Origin: Felis catus
Lineage: Eukaryota
Reading direction: 5' to 3'
Length of the DNA stretch: 64,000 bases
NCBI RefSeq assembly: GCF_018350175.1
Contig: NC_058371.1
Span: 170,376,001 to 170,440,000 of the forward strand
Of this stretch, positions 24,271 to 37,115 are shown one piece after another; position 1 is the stretch's first letter, and each line of letters begins with the position of its first letter. The translations under genes were made by a program, and so were the position numbers. The notes under the pieces are model-generated. The model did no database searches and had not been told where the DNA came from. It saw only the letters and a list, made by a program, of their open reading frames with translations.

Positions 24271-25129
24271 GTTTGTTTGCTGAGTAAAGTGATATTAAAA
24301 TGAGCAACAATTGCAAAGTATTGGGAAATCCAAAGCATCAGTTTTGAAACTGCAATGAACTTCAGAGCCACGAACAATTTGGCAACTTTGGTTGTTATTC
24401 TTCATCACATCCTAACCAGTTTCTCAGCACCAAGACTAGAGTTGGGTTCAAGAAATCACACCATACAAGGATCATCTGACAGGCTTCTGGTTCATTCCCA
24501 CCAATTACAATTATTTTAGTAAGTTCCTGTTGGGTCTGTGGGACGGGATGAAAATGAGTGGAGTCACCCTGTTCCTCTTTAAAGGACTGTTGGGAGCTGG
24601 TTGGCCCCAAAGGAAGCAGTAAATTCTCTAGGTTCTTCTTTTTGATGTCCCACAGGACACACAATGGGAAGGGTACCGGGGAGGAAACACCATGGTCACT
24701 TCCCCTTGGGCAGGCCACATTACTGTGGGTGCAGTAGAAATACAAAATGCAGTCTTATTCAGAGGAACAGAGAATGCGTTCTGGAGGTCAGAGGCTCTGG
24801 CAGGGGAGGAATCAGACTAGAAGTAAAGCCTTTTCGTCTGTGGTAGAAAAAGACCTTTAAGGGAAGAAAAACTACAGTATTTAAGCAACAAAGTTTCCTC
24901 ATTTCCCCATCCCATGGCCTTTCTATGTCTAATGTTATGATGTCTCATTTTAGTATTCATTTTGAAACTTTCTTTAAATCTTATTGGAAGTAGAATATTA
25001 GTATATTCAATCTACAGTACATGCTCTTCAATAAAGTTCTAGAATATTAACAGCACATTACAATATGATATTAGTACCTCTAGAAATGCACTAAATGACA
25101 TTTGGAATGAGTCTTCTAGATAGCATTTG

Positions 25130-26600
25130 AGAGACCGTGAAGCAAAAATTTTAAATTCCATTGTGAGTGAGTGTACGGGTGTGCATTTTGTATGTGTGTG
25201 TTTTAACAGCTTGAGACATAACTCACCCATTGAATGTGTGGAATCTAATTTTTTTGGTACACTGACAGGATCACACAACCATCTCTGCAAACTAATTTTA
25301 ACTATCCTTCCCCCGAAAGAAACCCCTTCCCCATTGGCTTTAACTCCCACCCCACCCACACACAACTCCCAGTCCTAGGCAACCACTAATCTACTGTCTG
25401 TCTCTATAGATTTGCCTTTTCCAGGCATTTCCTATAAATAGGATTATATAAGACGTGGTCTTTTGTGACTGGTTTCTTTCATTTAGCATAATGATGTTGG
25501 TTCATCCATATTATAACATGCATTGGTAGTTAATTCCTTTTTATGGCCAAATAATATTGTAATCCATTCATCAGTTGATGGGCATTTGGGTTGTTTTCAA
25601 CATGTGGCTATTATGAATAATGTCACAAACAGTTGTATACAAGTTTTTGTTTGGACATATGTTTTCATTTCTCTTGGATCTGTATCTAGAAGTATTATTG
25701 CAGGGTCATCTGATAACTTAATGTGTAAACTTTTGAGGAAGTATCAAATCATTTACCAAAGTGGCAGTACCATTTTATTTTATTTTTTTTTAATATTTTT
25801 TTTAACGTTTATTTATTTTTGAGACAGAGAGAGACAGAGCATGAATGGGGGAGGGTCAGAGAGAGGGAGACACAGAATCCGAAACAGGCTCCAGGCTCTG
25901 AGCTGTCAGCACAGAGCCCGACGCGGGGCTCGAACTCATGGACCGCGAGATCATGACCTGAGCCAAAGTCGGCCGCTTAACCGACTGAGCCACCCAGGCG
26001 CCCCAATGGCAGCACCATTTTACATTACCACCAGCAGTATATGAAGGTTCCAATTCCTCCACATCCACACCACACTCATTGCCTTCCTTTTTAATTTTGC
26101 CATTCCAGTGGCTGTGAGGTGGTATCTTATAGTTTTGGTATGCATTTCTCAAAAAATTAATGATGTTGAGCATCTTTTCATGTGCTTATTGGCCATTTTT
26201 ATATCCTTTTTGGAGAAGAATCTATTCAGACATCTTTGCCCATTTTTATTAGATTGTTTATTCTTTTATTATTGAGTTATGAGTTCTTTATATATTCTAG
26301 ATACAAGTCCCTTCTCAGATATGCGATTTGCAAATATCATCTTACTTTCTCCCATTCTGTGAGCTGGGAAATGGTATCGTTTGCAGGACAAAAGCTTTTA
26401 ATTTTGATATAGTTCAATTTATCCACTTTTTCTTTTGTCATTTGTACTTTTGATGTTATATGCAGGAAACCATTGCCTAATCCAAGGTCACAAAGATATA
26501 CTCCTATGTTTTATTCTAAAAACTTTCTAGTTTCAGCCCTTACATTTAGGTCTACAATGCATTTTCAGCTAATATAGCATGTTTTTAATACACATTGGTT
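25130..26600 (-). mobile_element. L1MB-like 3' region (ORF2 end plus 3' UTR), interrupted by a SINE
   Basis: aggcaaccactaatctactgtctgtctctatagatttgcc, ccattcatcagttgatgggcatttgggttg and ttgcctaatccaaggtcacaaag. Confidence 0.9.
25778..26004 (-). mobile_element. CAN-SINE with 16-bp TSD tggcag(t/c)accatttta, inside the L1
   Basis: TSD at 25762-25777 and 26007-26022. Confidence 0.95.
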
Positions 26601-26689
26601 AGTTGTAAACATGTTAATAATTTGAAAATGTGAATTTTGGAGTAATCTTCCTTTTTCCCATTCTTCCTTCAAAATGCTTTTTACATTCC

Positions 26690-27130
26690 TACACAAGCAA
26701 GCATCATTCAGCATAGAAAGATAGGTGAGTCACTGTCCCTGTATCAAGAATTCATAACTAGAAAGTTAAAACATACAACCTCATGAGTAGTGCCCTGTGT
26801 AAGACAAGTTACTTGCTCTAGGCATAGCCAAAACACTTTTCAGACCAGAAACAAGAGACAGAGCACTTGAAATCACAGTTGTCTCCACCCCAGGATGTAT
26901 GGTTGTTCCCACCATGGTTGCTAAGAGGAGGAAGGAAGCACTGAATGTAGGCTGCGGTGAGGGGATATCTTAGCGGAGGAAAAGACACCCAACATGTGGG
27001 TTTAGGACTTAGGGAGATGGAAATGGACAGGAAGTGAACACCCCAGGTGGCTGGAACAAAATGCAGCAAAGGCACAGAGATGGGGAAGCACAAAGAAAAT
27101 CATTAATACAATAATTTTCTGTAGCCAGTG
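26690..27130 (-). mobile_element. L2 fragment (degenerate)
   Basis: Reverse L2-like purine-rich stretch ending aacaaaatgcagcaaaggcacagagatggg. Confidence 0.45.
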
Positions 27131-28603
27131 CAAAGGGATGGTGAAGATAGAATAGAAACACTGCACCCAGTGAGGGACACCGGGTTCCAGGCAAAGGAAC
27201 TTGAATTATGTCCTATTTGGGGGGAAGGGTACCGGGCATGATGAGGTCGTGTCTGGGAATGTTGGCCTCATGGCAGAGTCTACAGTGGTATAAGGAAAGG
27301 CAAGCACCAGAGCTAATCGCTCAGCCATAAAGTTCTAACTTTCTATTTGTCATGTCATTCACTCTTTCTTCTTTTCCTTCATATAAAGAGGGAAGTCTAT
27401 TTCTGCATAGTTAACTTTTAAAAAAAGATCATTTAAAAACCGGGTCCTTGGTGGGCTATTTAAAAGGGTCCTCTTCTGTGGGTTACCAAAGGAAACATTT
27501 GGAATGGCACGCTTGAGGCAGGAATTTTGCACACTTCATTGTGGGAAGTCAGCCCACCCAGCCTGACAGCCCAGTAGAGACAATCAAAAAATGGATTATT
27601 ATGGAAATACAATTAGGGAGCTACTAAATCCTCTCAAATACAAGCAAAGCCTAATCCAGCATGTAACTCCAAAGGCAGGCAATGAGATGGGCCAGTTTCC
27701 CCTCTACCACACAAGCAGCCCATACTTAAACCTGTTGCTATATGTTGTTTTAGTCAATTGATCATTCCAACAAATGTGGAATAAATTTGTTCAGGAGTAA
27801 GGAGATTAAGCACGTGATTTAAGTGAGCAGAAGTTTAATACTTTTTTTAAGGCACAGATTGGCAGGGTGAAAGAAATCACCACGTTTTGAGAGGAATGGT
27901 TCCTGAATGATAACTGTACCAATTAAGTTTCAAACACGTTTTCTGGCAGCATAAAGACAAGTGTATAATTTCCCTACTGAGTCTAGGTCATGTAAAGCTG
28001 TGTATTAAGAAAAAAGAAGTTGCGACCAGGATTATATAATTTTAACGGACAAAATATTCGCGAAGATGGATAAGCTTGAGAATGTTTCAAATGCACACAC
28101 GTTCCCCCCTCCCCCATCCAGCAGACTCCTGTAATTGATGCCAAGGCACAGTTTGAATGGGGACAGTAACCACCGCCCCCCCCCCCCCACACACACGGCG
28201 CTAAGAGTCCCTCTTTTGAGTAGGAACCAAGGGCTGTCTATTTCATGAGAACGAAAGAAGGAAAAAGACAACACTGGGAGTCCATTATGCTCATTATGAA
28301 TCCTACAGATTCTCCTGCTATGGTTTTCATCTGTTTTCATCTTTCCTAACAGAGGGCTGTTGGGATACTCAGTTCTTGCTTAAGTCCCCACCTAAGCCAG
28401 GCCAATCTTCAAACAAAAAGCAGCTTTTCACTGGAGAACTTAAAAAAAAAAAAAAGAGTGGGTTGAAATGTCCTCACTTGAACTTAAAAGCTTAATGAGT
28501 CTTGGTGCCAAAGAGTGGGAGACTGGCCAAGTCAGCGAAGCCAACTGTGATATGGTCGAAAGACAAAGGAGAACCCTACACAGAAGGCCTATCAAATTCT
28601 TAC

Positions 28604-28798
28604 CAGCCTGCTAAGGCCAAAATCAGTAAAGGCAAAAGGACCCAAGCTTGCTGAGATTTGAGTGAGCATCTGGGTTAGCGAAAGAGCTCCAGACAAAGCG
28701 TGCGAAGACACACTGCGCTCTACCGTCCCGGGTCTCCATCTCATCATTACGAAGGGAGGCGGGAAGAGCTCACCCAGATTGTTCACCTGCCAGGGCTG
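28604..28798 (-). other. Candidate alternative (probably non-coding or poison) exon within LIMCH1 intron 2
   Basis: Acceptor cccttgtttaatcctcacag|CAG, donor CTG|gtaaga, unique CpG-retaining DNA. No transcript evidence is available here. Confidence 0.35.
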
Positions 28799-29159
28799 CT
28801 GTGAGGATTAAACAAGGGTTGGGTTTGCAGATACTGATCAAAGCAGTGGTGATTAGAAGGCATCAGTCTGGAGTCGCCAACAACCGGGCCGACCACACAC
28901 AACCCCGTTTGCTGAGGACAGGCTCAGATTTCATTTGTCGTTCTAGTGTCTTGGCCAGTCGACACCCCCTTTTACTCTCAAAACCATCTCAATTGAATGA
29001 CAAACTATATTATATAGTCGCTCTACAAAGAAGACATTAGGTCAGATGAACCTCTTTTCTTTGTTAATAGCTGAGGAAAATATTGCATATGTAGTTTACA
29101 TTAGATAAGGACTCTACCAAGAGCCTACTGAAATGATGTAACAGAATGAGCCAGACTTA

Positions 29160-30290
29160 CAACCAATGTGGAATCATGATCACTGGTCTGGCAGTTCTCA
29201 GAGACAGCTATTAATTGACAAAGGTCTCCAGTGCCTCCCTCTACCAGTAAGGCAGACCTTTTCTTAGGTCTTGTGCAAGCTGACCTCTGCTGGGGCCATG
29301 TAATACAGGTGACCACCAGCCTCTTAAAAGTCTTCTTAGTCTCCTTGGTTTCCAAGACATACTTTCCTGGGTTTCCTCTCATCTCTCTGATCCCCCTTTG
29401 TGAGCTTCTCTTTCTCTTGTCCCTGATCCGGTGGTGAAGCTTCCTCAAACGGAGACCTTGTTCTGCTATTCTTTCTTGATGTGATCTTTTCTGCAGAGAG
29501 ACTGTCACAAATCACAGCTTGGCCCTGATGTCCAACAATGGCTGGCAAATCATATTTGAGAAAGTGAAAGGCATCGCTTCATCTCTAAGCTCCAGGCCCC
29601 TGTCCCCAACAGTCCACCGGACTGTCCCCTAGGTGGGCCTTCTATATCCAAAACTCACCTTGCCCAAACTGAAATCATGACCTCTCCCAACAAATAAAGG
29701 ATCCTCTTCAGTGTGCATCAGGGGCCCTACTCTGCTTGCCATTAATAACTGAAACACTAGTTATTTTGTAGTCATTTCTTTCATTTATCTGTATCCTTTA
29801 CCTTACTAAGTCCTGTGATTTCTTCAGCGTTCTTCTTATTTCCATTGTTCTGGAAGTCAAACCCAAAGTCCTTCCATGGCTTCCAAGGCCCTGAGCAATC
29901 TTGCCCCTGCCTCTTCCTCCTCTCCATCTACCCTCATCTCACACCATCATCCTCTGTTTCCTATATTTTGGTCCAATGAGTCCCTTGTAATTCCTCTAAT
30001 ACACCTAAGACATGTTACTCTTTCAGTCTATAACATGCTTCTTCCCTACTTCCATCTCCCCTCCTTATTTCCTGGCTAATCTCACTCTTCATTCAGATCT
30101 CTACCTTCATGTCTCTTCTACAAGAGAAGTGGGGTTTATGCCCCTTGTGGAGTCAGGATTTAGATTCCAGATCTGATCAGGGCACCCCTGTTACATGATT
30201 TAATTGTAGAGTATACTAGACTTTCTAGTAACTTACCACACTTGTAAGTGGGCTTTTCAAAATGTTACTTGAATGAAGAAAAAGAAACCC
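29160..30290 (+). mobile_element. L2 (ORF2 end to 3' tail, fragmented)
   Basis: Reverse complement gagatgagaggaaacccaggaaag...; aaacccaaagtccttccatggcttccaaggccctgagcaatcttgcccctgcc is L2 sense. Confidence 0.8.
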
Positions 30291-30329
30291 TCCTTGCTGT
30301 CAGGCAGATCTCTTCTATGTATATTAAAC

Positions 30330-30690
30330 ACAGCATCCTCCTTTCTGACCCCAAACCTTGCCTTCTGCCCTTGTCTCTGCGTAGGATGCCTTTCTCTTTC
30401 CCTCAGACTATTCTCATTAAGTAAAATTCACTTGATGTAGCATCTCTCCAATAACTATCTCCCAAACTATAACAATCTTCCTTTGTCTAACGTCTTATTA
30501 AATCTTGGTCACTTGCATTTACTCACATATTGGTTTACACTGTTACTTAACTATTTTGTGAGTGTGTTCGAGCCCCCCAAACATTATAAAACTCTTGAAG
30601 ATCAGGAATCACGCCTTCCTTTCCCTTTTCATGTCTCTCAGTTCCTCCTTTGGGGCTGTGCAGAACATGGTCAACATCTAACAAATCCTC
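30330..30690 (+). mobile_element. L2 3' end fragment
   Basis: cattataaaactcttgaagatcaggaatcacgcc... Confidence 0.55.
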
Positions 30691-31139
30691 CATATGACAA
30701 AGCGTCTCCATGCAAAGTCACACCATCAACTTCTAACCTGTCCTAGAAGGCTAGTACACATCTGTGGCACACCACATCTCACGCTGAAATCAGGACAAGG
30801 ATCCAGGACAAGCCTTCCTTCTTAGAACAAGCAGCTCATTCATCAGTGGTAATATAGACAAGTGTTTGCCAACAGATTTCTTATCTTCAGACAATTATTT
30901 CACCAACATAAGAACTGAGACAAAAATACACCAAGACATTCTCTGTTGGTCACTTATTATTTGCAAACTGACATATTCAGACTTTGCATTCCATGAAAAC
31001 ACGTCTGTAGAGCAAAACCCATAATTTGACCTCTATAACTCCAAAGAAGATGGGGATGTAGTGGAAACTCTTATACTAAAAGTAGATACTTCTGTGCTTT
31101 GGTCTCTAGACTTCAGGGATGGCCCTATTCTTTATGTAA

Positions 31140-31141
<2 letters not shown>

Positions 31142-31192
<51 letters not shown>

Positions 31193-31290
31193 GAAGGGAG
31201 GGGAGGGGAGGCAGAGGAGGAAAGAGGAAAAAAGGAAAAAGGAGAAAAAGAAGAGGGCAGGGGACCGGAGGGGTGGGGACAGAGACAGAG
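31142..31290. repeat. (GT)n microsatellite (31142-31188) followed by a purine-rich low-complexity tract
   Basis: Direct read. Confidence 1.
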
Positions 31291-31374
31291 GACGATACTG
31301 ACAATGACAACTAAGACTAGGAGAAAGTTAAGGTCACTGATGATTAGGTAATCTAGATAGCAATCTTACTACTG

Positions 31375-31660
31375 GACTCAATTTATTCAACAGGTGCCTG
31401 TAATAGACATGTTATGTGCCAGACCAGTGTCCAGTGAAGGAAATACAAAGATAAACAGAAGGGGTCTTCAGGAAGCTTTCACTCTGGTACAGGAAGTAGG
31501 TGTGGGACAAAGAGGTAGAAACACTGTGATACATGCCAGCCCTGAGGTGGTACAGGTCCTCAGAAGCCAGATGGGAACCTACTCACTCTGCCTGGAGGAT
31601 TCTGGAACAGCTTCCCAGAGAAAGAAACCAGGCTGGAGAGAGTGAGAGGAAATGACATCA
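31375..31660 (-). mobile_element. L2 3' end fragment
   Basis: actcaatttattcaacaggtgcc...ttatgtgccagacc. Confidence 0.6.
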
Positions 31661-31999
31661 CCACAGAGGTCAAGGTTACTGTTTTCAAAACAATCACTCT
31701 AGGCCTCAAGCTTCTGCCAGCCAAAGCTCATTATTCACAGATGATCAAGTTTGTAAGGGACTCAAACTTTCTTGCCCAGTTTTCGATCACAGGCTAGGCA
31801 AGAGAAGCTGGAAAGGAAAATCCCAGTTCGTTCATCCTGTAGCTTGTTGGCTGTCCTAGAGAAAGAGCTGATGGGTGCCCCTTGACATAGAGTTGCATTG
31901 ACAATGTTATATTCATAATTGACTTCGGGCCTGTTTCCAACAATAATAATGAGAACAGCTAGTGGTCCAGAGTGCCAAGCGAGCACCAAACACTGCTGA

Positions 32000-32340
32000 G
32001 TGTTTTACAGTATTCTCTTCCTGGAATCTCTCAGGGACCTTATGAGGTAGTGATTTCCTCATTCCATAGATGAAGGGAGACAAGTTAATATTTAAGTGTC
32101 TGCTATGTTCCACGCACTAAACAAAGAGATTTATCCATATCATCAATTCATTTAATCCTCAGAAGAACTCTATTAATTAGGTACAATTACATTGGTTTTT
32201 ATAGCTAAGGAAACTGGGGTTCTAAGAGGTTAGGTAACTTGCTTGAGGACACATAGGAGACAAACCGAGGATGTGAGCTGTTAACTCGGTTGAACCATAG
32301 GAAACCACAGTTTCTGACTGTTTTTGGTCTATTACTATAG
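32000..32340 (-). mobile_element. MIR fragments
   Basis: tcaattcatttaatcctcagaagaactct...aaggaaactggggttctaagaggttaggtaacttgcttgaggacaca. Confidence 0.75.
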
Positions 32341-32535
32341 TTGCATAGGATTCAACCTAAGTGTTCCCCAATCCATTCACTTTCCACTATACCATCTCAT
32401 AAAAGCACAGGAACTGGCTTTTGTTAAATGTGTATCTTTGGATGGTAACAAAAAAGAAAGTGAAAGGGGTGAGGGAGGATGAGAAATCAAACAGAGAAGG
32501 TAGGAGAGCATACACCCTGTAACTAGATGCTACCT

Positions 32536-32875
32536 CAGTTCCCCTGAACAACATGGGGGTTAGGGGCACCTACCCCCTACACAGNNNNNNNNNNNNNNNN
32601 NNNNNNNNNNNNNNNNNNNNNNNNNNNNNNNNNNNNNNNNNNNNNNNNNNNNNNNNNNNNNNNNNNNNNNNNNNNNNNNNNNNNNNNNNNNNNNNNNNNN
32701 NNNNNNNNNNNNNNNNNNNNNNNNNNNNNNNNNNNNNNNNNNNNNNNNNNNNNNNNNNNNNNNNNNNNNNNNNNNNNNNNNNNNNNNNNNNNNNNNTACT
32801 GCACTGTATTTATCAAAAAAATCCTCACGTAAGTGGACCCACACAATTCAAACTATGTTGTTCAAGGGCGAACTA
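32536..32875. mobile_element. Tigger2/MER8-type Tc1-mariner MITE spanning an N gap (32585-32796)
   Basis: TIRs cagttcccctgaacaaca ... tgttgttcaagggcgaacta; internal gggggttaggggcacc and aagtggacccacacaattcaaac. Confidence 0.8.
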
Positions 32876-33057
32876 TATTATCATCTTGCCATACTTACTT
32901 GATCTCTTTCTGCATATGCCTCTTTTTTCCTGAACATTTGCATCCAGTTGCAGGCTATATGCATAATCCTTATATTATTCTTATAACTTTTCTATGAGTT
33001 TGAAATTTTTCAAAATAAAAAGTTGGGTGGAAGAAGGACTTCTAAAAGGTCCTGAAC

Positions 33058-33258
33058 GGGGCACGCCTGGGTGGCTCAGTCTGTTAAGCATCTGGTTCTT
33101 GGTTTAGGCTCAGGTCAAGATCTCAGTTTCATAGGTTTGAGCCCCACATCTTATCAGTGCAGAGTGCACTTGGGATTCTCTATCTCCCCGCCTCTCTCTT
33201 CCCCTCCCCTACTCGTGCTGTCTCTGTCTCTCTCAAAATAAGCTTAAAAAAAAAAAAA
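33058..33258 (+). mobile_element. CAN-SINE (older)
   Basis: gggcacgcctgggtggctcagtctgttaagc...(CT)n...A tail; aaa(g/a)gtcctga duplication. Confidence 0.9.
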
Positions 33259-33380
33259 GTCCTGAGAAAATCTTTTCTAAAAAGTTATTTCATTTACCTG
33301 AACAGCATTTTTGCACTGCCCAAACTCACGTAACTTTATGTGGGTAAACAATTACATCCAAAATTTATCCCATAGTCCTT

Positions 33381-33551
33381 ATGGGCTGGCAAACTTTCTG
33401 TAAAGGACCAGATAGTAAACATTCTAGGCTCTATGAGCCATATACCGACTCTTGTCTTGTTTTACTTACAACCCTCTTAAAATATAAACACCATTCTTAG
33501 TGAGAAAACCAGTACAAAAACAGGCCAAAGGCCATAATTTGCCAACCCCTG
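33381..33551. mobile_element. MER58-family hAT-Charlie MITE
   Basis: gggctggcaaactttctgtaaaggaccagatagtaaacatt ... tttgccaacccctg TIRs. Confidence 0.8.
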
Positions 33552-34189
33552 ATATAGATAGAATTCCATAGAGTTCTATCTAAATAATAAAGTCATAGCC
33601 AGGAAACCAAGTCAGAAACTTTCCTTTCTGGAATTATCTCAAAACAGTCTGATCCAGGGACAGGGAAGTAGATGGCAGTCATCAGCAACACTGTACTGGG
33701 AGGGACTTCCTTAGGGAATAGTTATTTGCAGCCTTCCTTTTAAACCCCGAAGTCACATATTTGCCACATTTTGACCCCATTTTATTTACTGCTCCGCAGA
33801 GGACTCACATTTGATCGTTTAACCTCCAAACTTCAAGTACACACAGTTGGCAAAATCAACAGAGAAAGAGAGAAATGATTAGAGCAAAAACACATCTACT
33901 AGAATTCTACTTGGCACACGCAGAGTCCGGTTTGTACTTGCTATTATCGTGAGTTATACATTTATGCCGAAGTATTACTGAATATGGGGGCAGCCTATGC
34001 AAAGCCACGGGTACTGCACTTGACAGGCAAAGTCAAAAAAAGCTCCCAGGGTGACTCTGACGCTACTCCATTTCCACCTTATATGCTGCCTGTAGGCGCC
34101 AGTCTTTTCTCTCTTGTCTCTGTAGTCCTTAGTAAACATCAGCACCCTTGCCTTTGTCTCCATCTGGTTTGACGGCTGTACGTAAGAAA

Positions 34190-34480
34190 GCTGAAATCCC
34201 TACATCTTCTGCAGACTAGAGCCTCCTTAGCCTCTTCGCTCTCTCATGCTTTCACTCTCATGGGACTTGCCTTCTTAAGAAGGACCACCAGGCCCTTGAT
34301 ACTTACATCCCAAGACCACCAACCCCATGCAGTCCTCCTTCACACTCCGTCCTGCTGAGACCCAGTGGTTATCCTCTGCACCGCCCTCCTCTGCTTGCTC
34401 AGTGTTTTCTGGTACCAATTCCATGCCACCATCACTAACCTCCAACCAAACCTCCTGCTTCTCTCTCCCACTGAAATCCC
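34190..34480 (+). mobile_element. L2 fragment (degenerate)
   Basis: Pyrimidine-rich L2 ORF2-like sequence. Confidence 0.4.
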
Positions 34481-34489
34481 AACTGTAGG

Positions 34490-34640
34490 CACAGGACAGT
34501 CGTTCAGAGCAAAAAAGCTAAGGAATCAGACTTCTGAACGTAAAGCTTTCTTATCTGTATAACCTCAGCCAAGTTATTGAATCCTCTGTGCCGCTCTTCG
34601 TTCCTCTGTAAAATGGGTATGATAATAGTTCTTACAGGCC
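34490..34640 (+). mobile_element. MIR
   Basis: agccaagttattgaatcctctgtgcc...ctctgtaaaatgggtatgataatag. Confidence 0.7.
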
Positions 34641-36619
34641 ACATGAAAGTTTGGTAAGAAGGGAAATCAGGCCCCAGGCACAGAAGGGTGACCTCTGTTT
34701 GATGAGAACTATGAATTTTTTTCCAGACTCATAAACAACTCAGGAAATGTTTAGTGAACAAAGAGCATGTCTCTCCAGTTGCAACCACCATTTAGAGCTG
34801 ATCTAACTCAGACAAAAAGACGAGAGTTTGCTGAACAAAAGGAATCATTCACTGATGCCGTTCATGTATTTTTCAACTGGGGTCATTACACTATTACAAG
34901 ACACCAACTGGGCTTCTGTTTTGAATAATATAAAGTTGAAAAACCCAACAATTTTTAAAAAGAGGGCTGTATGTTATGAAAGCCTGTCTCAGAAGAGCTG
35001 AATTGCTAGTTTTCTAAATCTGAAATTATAGGGATTTCTTCTTACGTTGTTAAGCGTTGCTACATGAGTGGAGGTTTGGAGTTAGAACTCCTGAATCACC
35101 GGCGTCCACGAAACTCCCTCTGCTTCTACAGAGTGGCACGGCCTTACACATTCTTCTCTACTCTCCAAACACAGGTGCTTAAAACCTGTATGGATCCACT
35201 CTCTGGGAACCCACACTTTCCTGAGACCCTCCAAACGGAGTTTCCTGCCTTTTGGTCCTTGCCATCAACCAGCCCCACCCCTGGAACAGTGCGAGTCCCT
35301 CTTCTTGCCAGATGGGTCTCTGGATACAAGTCCCAGAAAACAAACCTGCTGATCTCAGTCTACAGTAGCCCAGTATGCTCCAGCTTGGATAAAACTTAGC
35401 CGTGCCCCCGCCCCGACCAAAGACGAGGGGAAAATCTTCCTCCATTGCTCCCAACCTTCAGTGCATTCAGCTTTTGGGCCATGCTTTTGTTTCTCATTGC
35501 TCTGTGGGTCCTGGACTTAGAAATCTGTTTGTGTCTGGTTTCTCCAGCTGCTGACCCAGCTTTCCCTCAAAGCCTCTGACTGAGACTCATGCTACTGGCT
35601 CTTTTGATGCAGTTCATTTTACCTTAGCAAACTCTGGGGGAGCTGCCAGCTGGAGTCCCACAAGGAAGCCAAGACTTGACCCTGGTCCTCAGACTCCTTC
35701 AAATACACCAGTGGGTCTAATCTTCCATGTGTAGAAGATTTAGACAATAACTCACTTATTTTGGCCGTTCAGTAACACTTGTCCAAGCCTCTGTGTTGGC
35801 CAGTTCACTCAGCGTCATTCTTGGCTGTCAGCAGTCCAAACCCTTTATAACTTAAAGAGGCCCCTGGCTATATAATCTGTGCCTCTATCTTGGCTAACCA
35901 TAATATTTCCTAGGCCCAAGCCCCATCCCTCCACCCCTAAACAACTCTAACATTCAGTAATGTGTTTGTGAAAGGCCAATGGATAGTGCCACTGCTCACA
36001 TGACAGAATCCATCCTCTGACTCAACATCTTTATCTAGGTAAGAAGCAAGTTCTATGTGTGCAAATGTCTCCAGACCCAGAGCTTCAGCTTCAGATGAGC
36101 CTTCTCAGTCTAAGGTCTGGCAAGCAATGCTACTCCTTCACAGATTTATTCACGGGAATATAGTGGAGAGATGGACGCCTACAAGAGTTTTTGAAGCAAA
36201 TGTTAACTAAACAAAAATTGGTACCAAAGACCCACTTCAACAGAATTAAGACAGCATGATGCACATAAATTAGATCAGATTGTGGCTAGTCTGTAACATC
36301 AGGAGAGGGCTAAGCCCAGAATCATTGGAGAAGCAGGTGTTAGAACACAAGGGAAGTGTTTGGAGTCTGCCTGGGTTTATCTCTGGGGAGATGCTAAACC
36401 AAGTATGGTTTATGTAAGAGATGAGCTCAGATTTAGATTTAATAAAGGGAAAAGAGGCAATGAGGGAAGTAAAGTATGAGAAGAGAGAAGAGGCTCCACA
36501 GGAAGGAAGGAATGGAAACAGCAATCAGGGCATGTTAATTTCTCTTTGAGGAAAAAAGGACAGTGGGGAGCAGGAAAAAAATGCTGGCATGAACTGTGTT
36601 AAAAAGTGCTGCCTATAAT

Positions 36620-36830
36620 CAACATTGGTATAGCAAATGTAATTTTTCAAAGCACCTCACCCACATTATCTCATTGAAATTCATACAAAGTTTATCAAGT
36701 AAGCAAGAGTTGTAACTTTTCATTACAAGAAAAGATTGAGACTCAAGAAGGTTAAATGATCTAAGGGGTACAGTAAGACTTGCATTTCTAGCTCTCAGGC
36801 TCCAAAACCGGAAGTCTTTCAACTACATTG
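36620..36830 (-). mobile_element. MIR
   Basis: cacattatctcattgaaattcatac...gattgagactcaagaaggttaaatgatctaagggg. Confidence 0.65.
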
Positions 36831-36854
36831 GTAGGTCCCAAACAATATTCTGGA

Positions 36855-37115
36855 AGTCGCCAAAATAAAGGTGCATTCTATGTAATTTCACATCCACAAA
36901 GTGCAAGATATAAGGCAAATAAATGCTATGGTGATAGAAATTAGAACAGTGTTTTTCTAGAGGTGGTTGAGATGGATTGGGAGGGGACAAGAGGGAATTT
37001 GCTGTCCTATATCTTCATCAGGGTTTAGGCTACATGCATGTACACAGTTCTCAAAATCCATCAGGTTGTATATCTGGAGCTGTGCTTTTCCTGTGTGTAC
37101 TTTTCACCTCAATGG
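36855..37115 (+). mobile_element. Old L1 (L1ME/MC-like) 3' fragment
   Basis: ctatggtgatagaaattagaacagtg...gggaggggacaagagggaattt. Confidence 0.65.

Noticed and set aside
24656-24820. Plus-strand acceptor followed by a ~54-codon open frame (DTQWEGYRGG...)
   Set aside because: Antisense to the host gene, weak donor, no recognisable protein.
27440-27520. MEF2/TATA-like ggctatttaaaagg and TEAD-like ggaatg
   Set aside because: Imperfect or very short motifs; cannot be supported without chromatin or conservation data.
28592-28786. ORF ending ...FTDFGLSRL resembles a kinase DFG motif
   Set aside because: No other kinase motifs (HRD, VAIK, APE) nearby and not in the LIMCH1 frame; a short motif match is expected by chance.
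29125-29548. 127-aa and 70-aa basic ORFs on the minus strand
   Set aside because: They are antisense readings of an L2 remnant.
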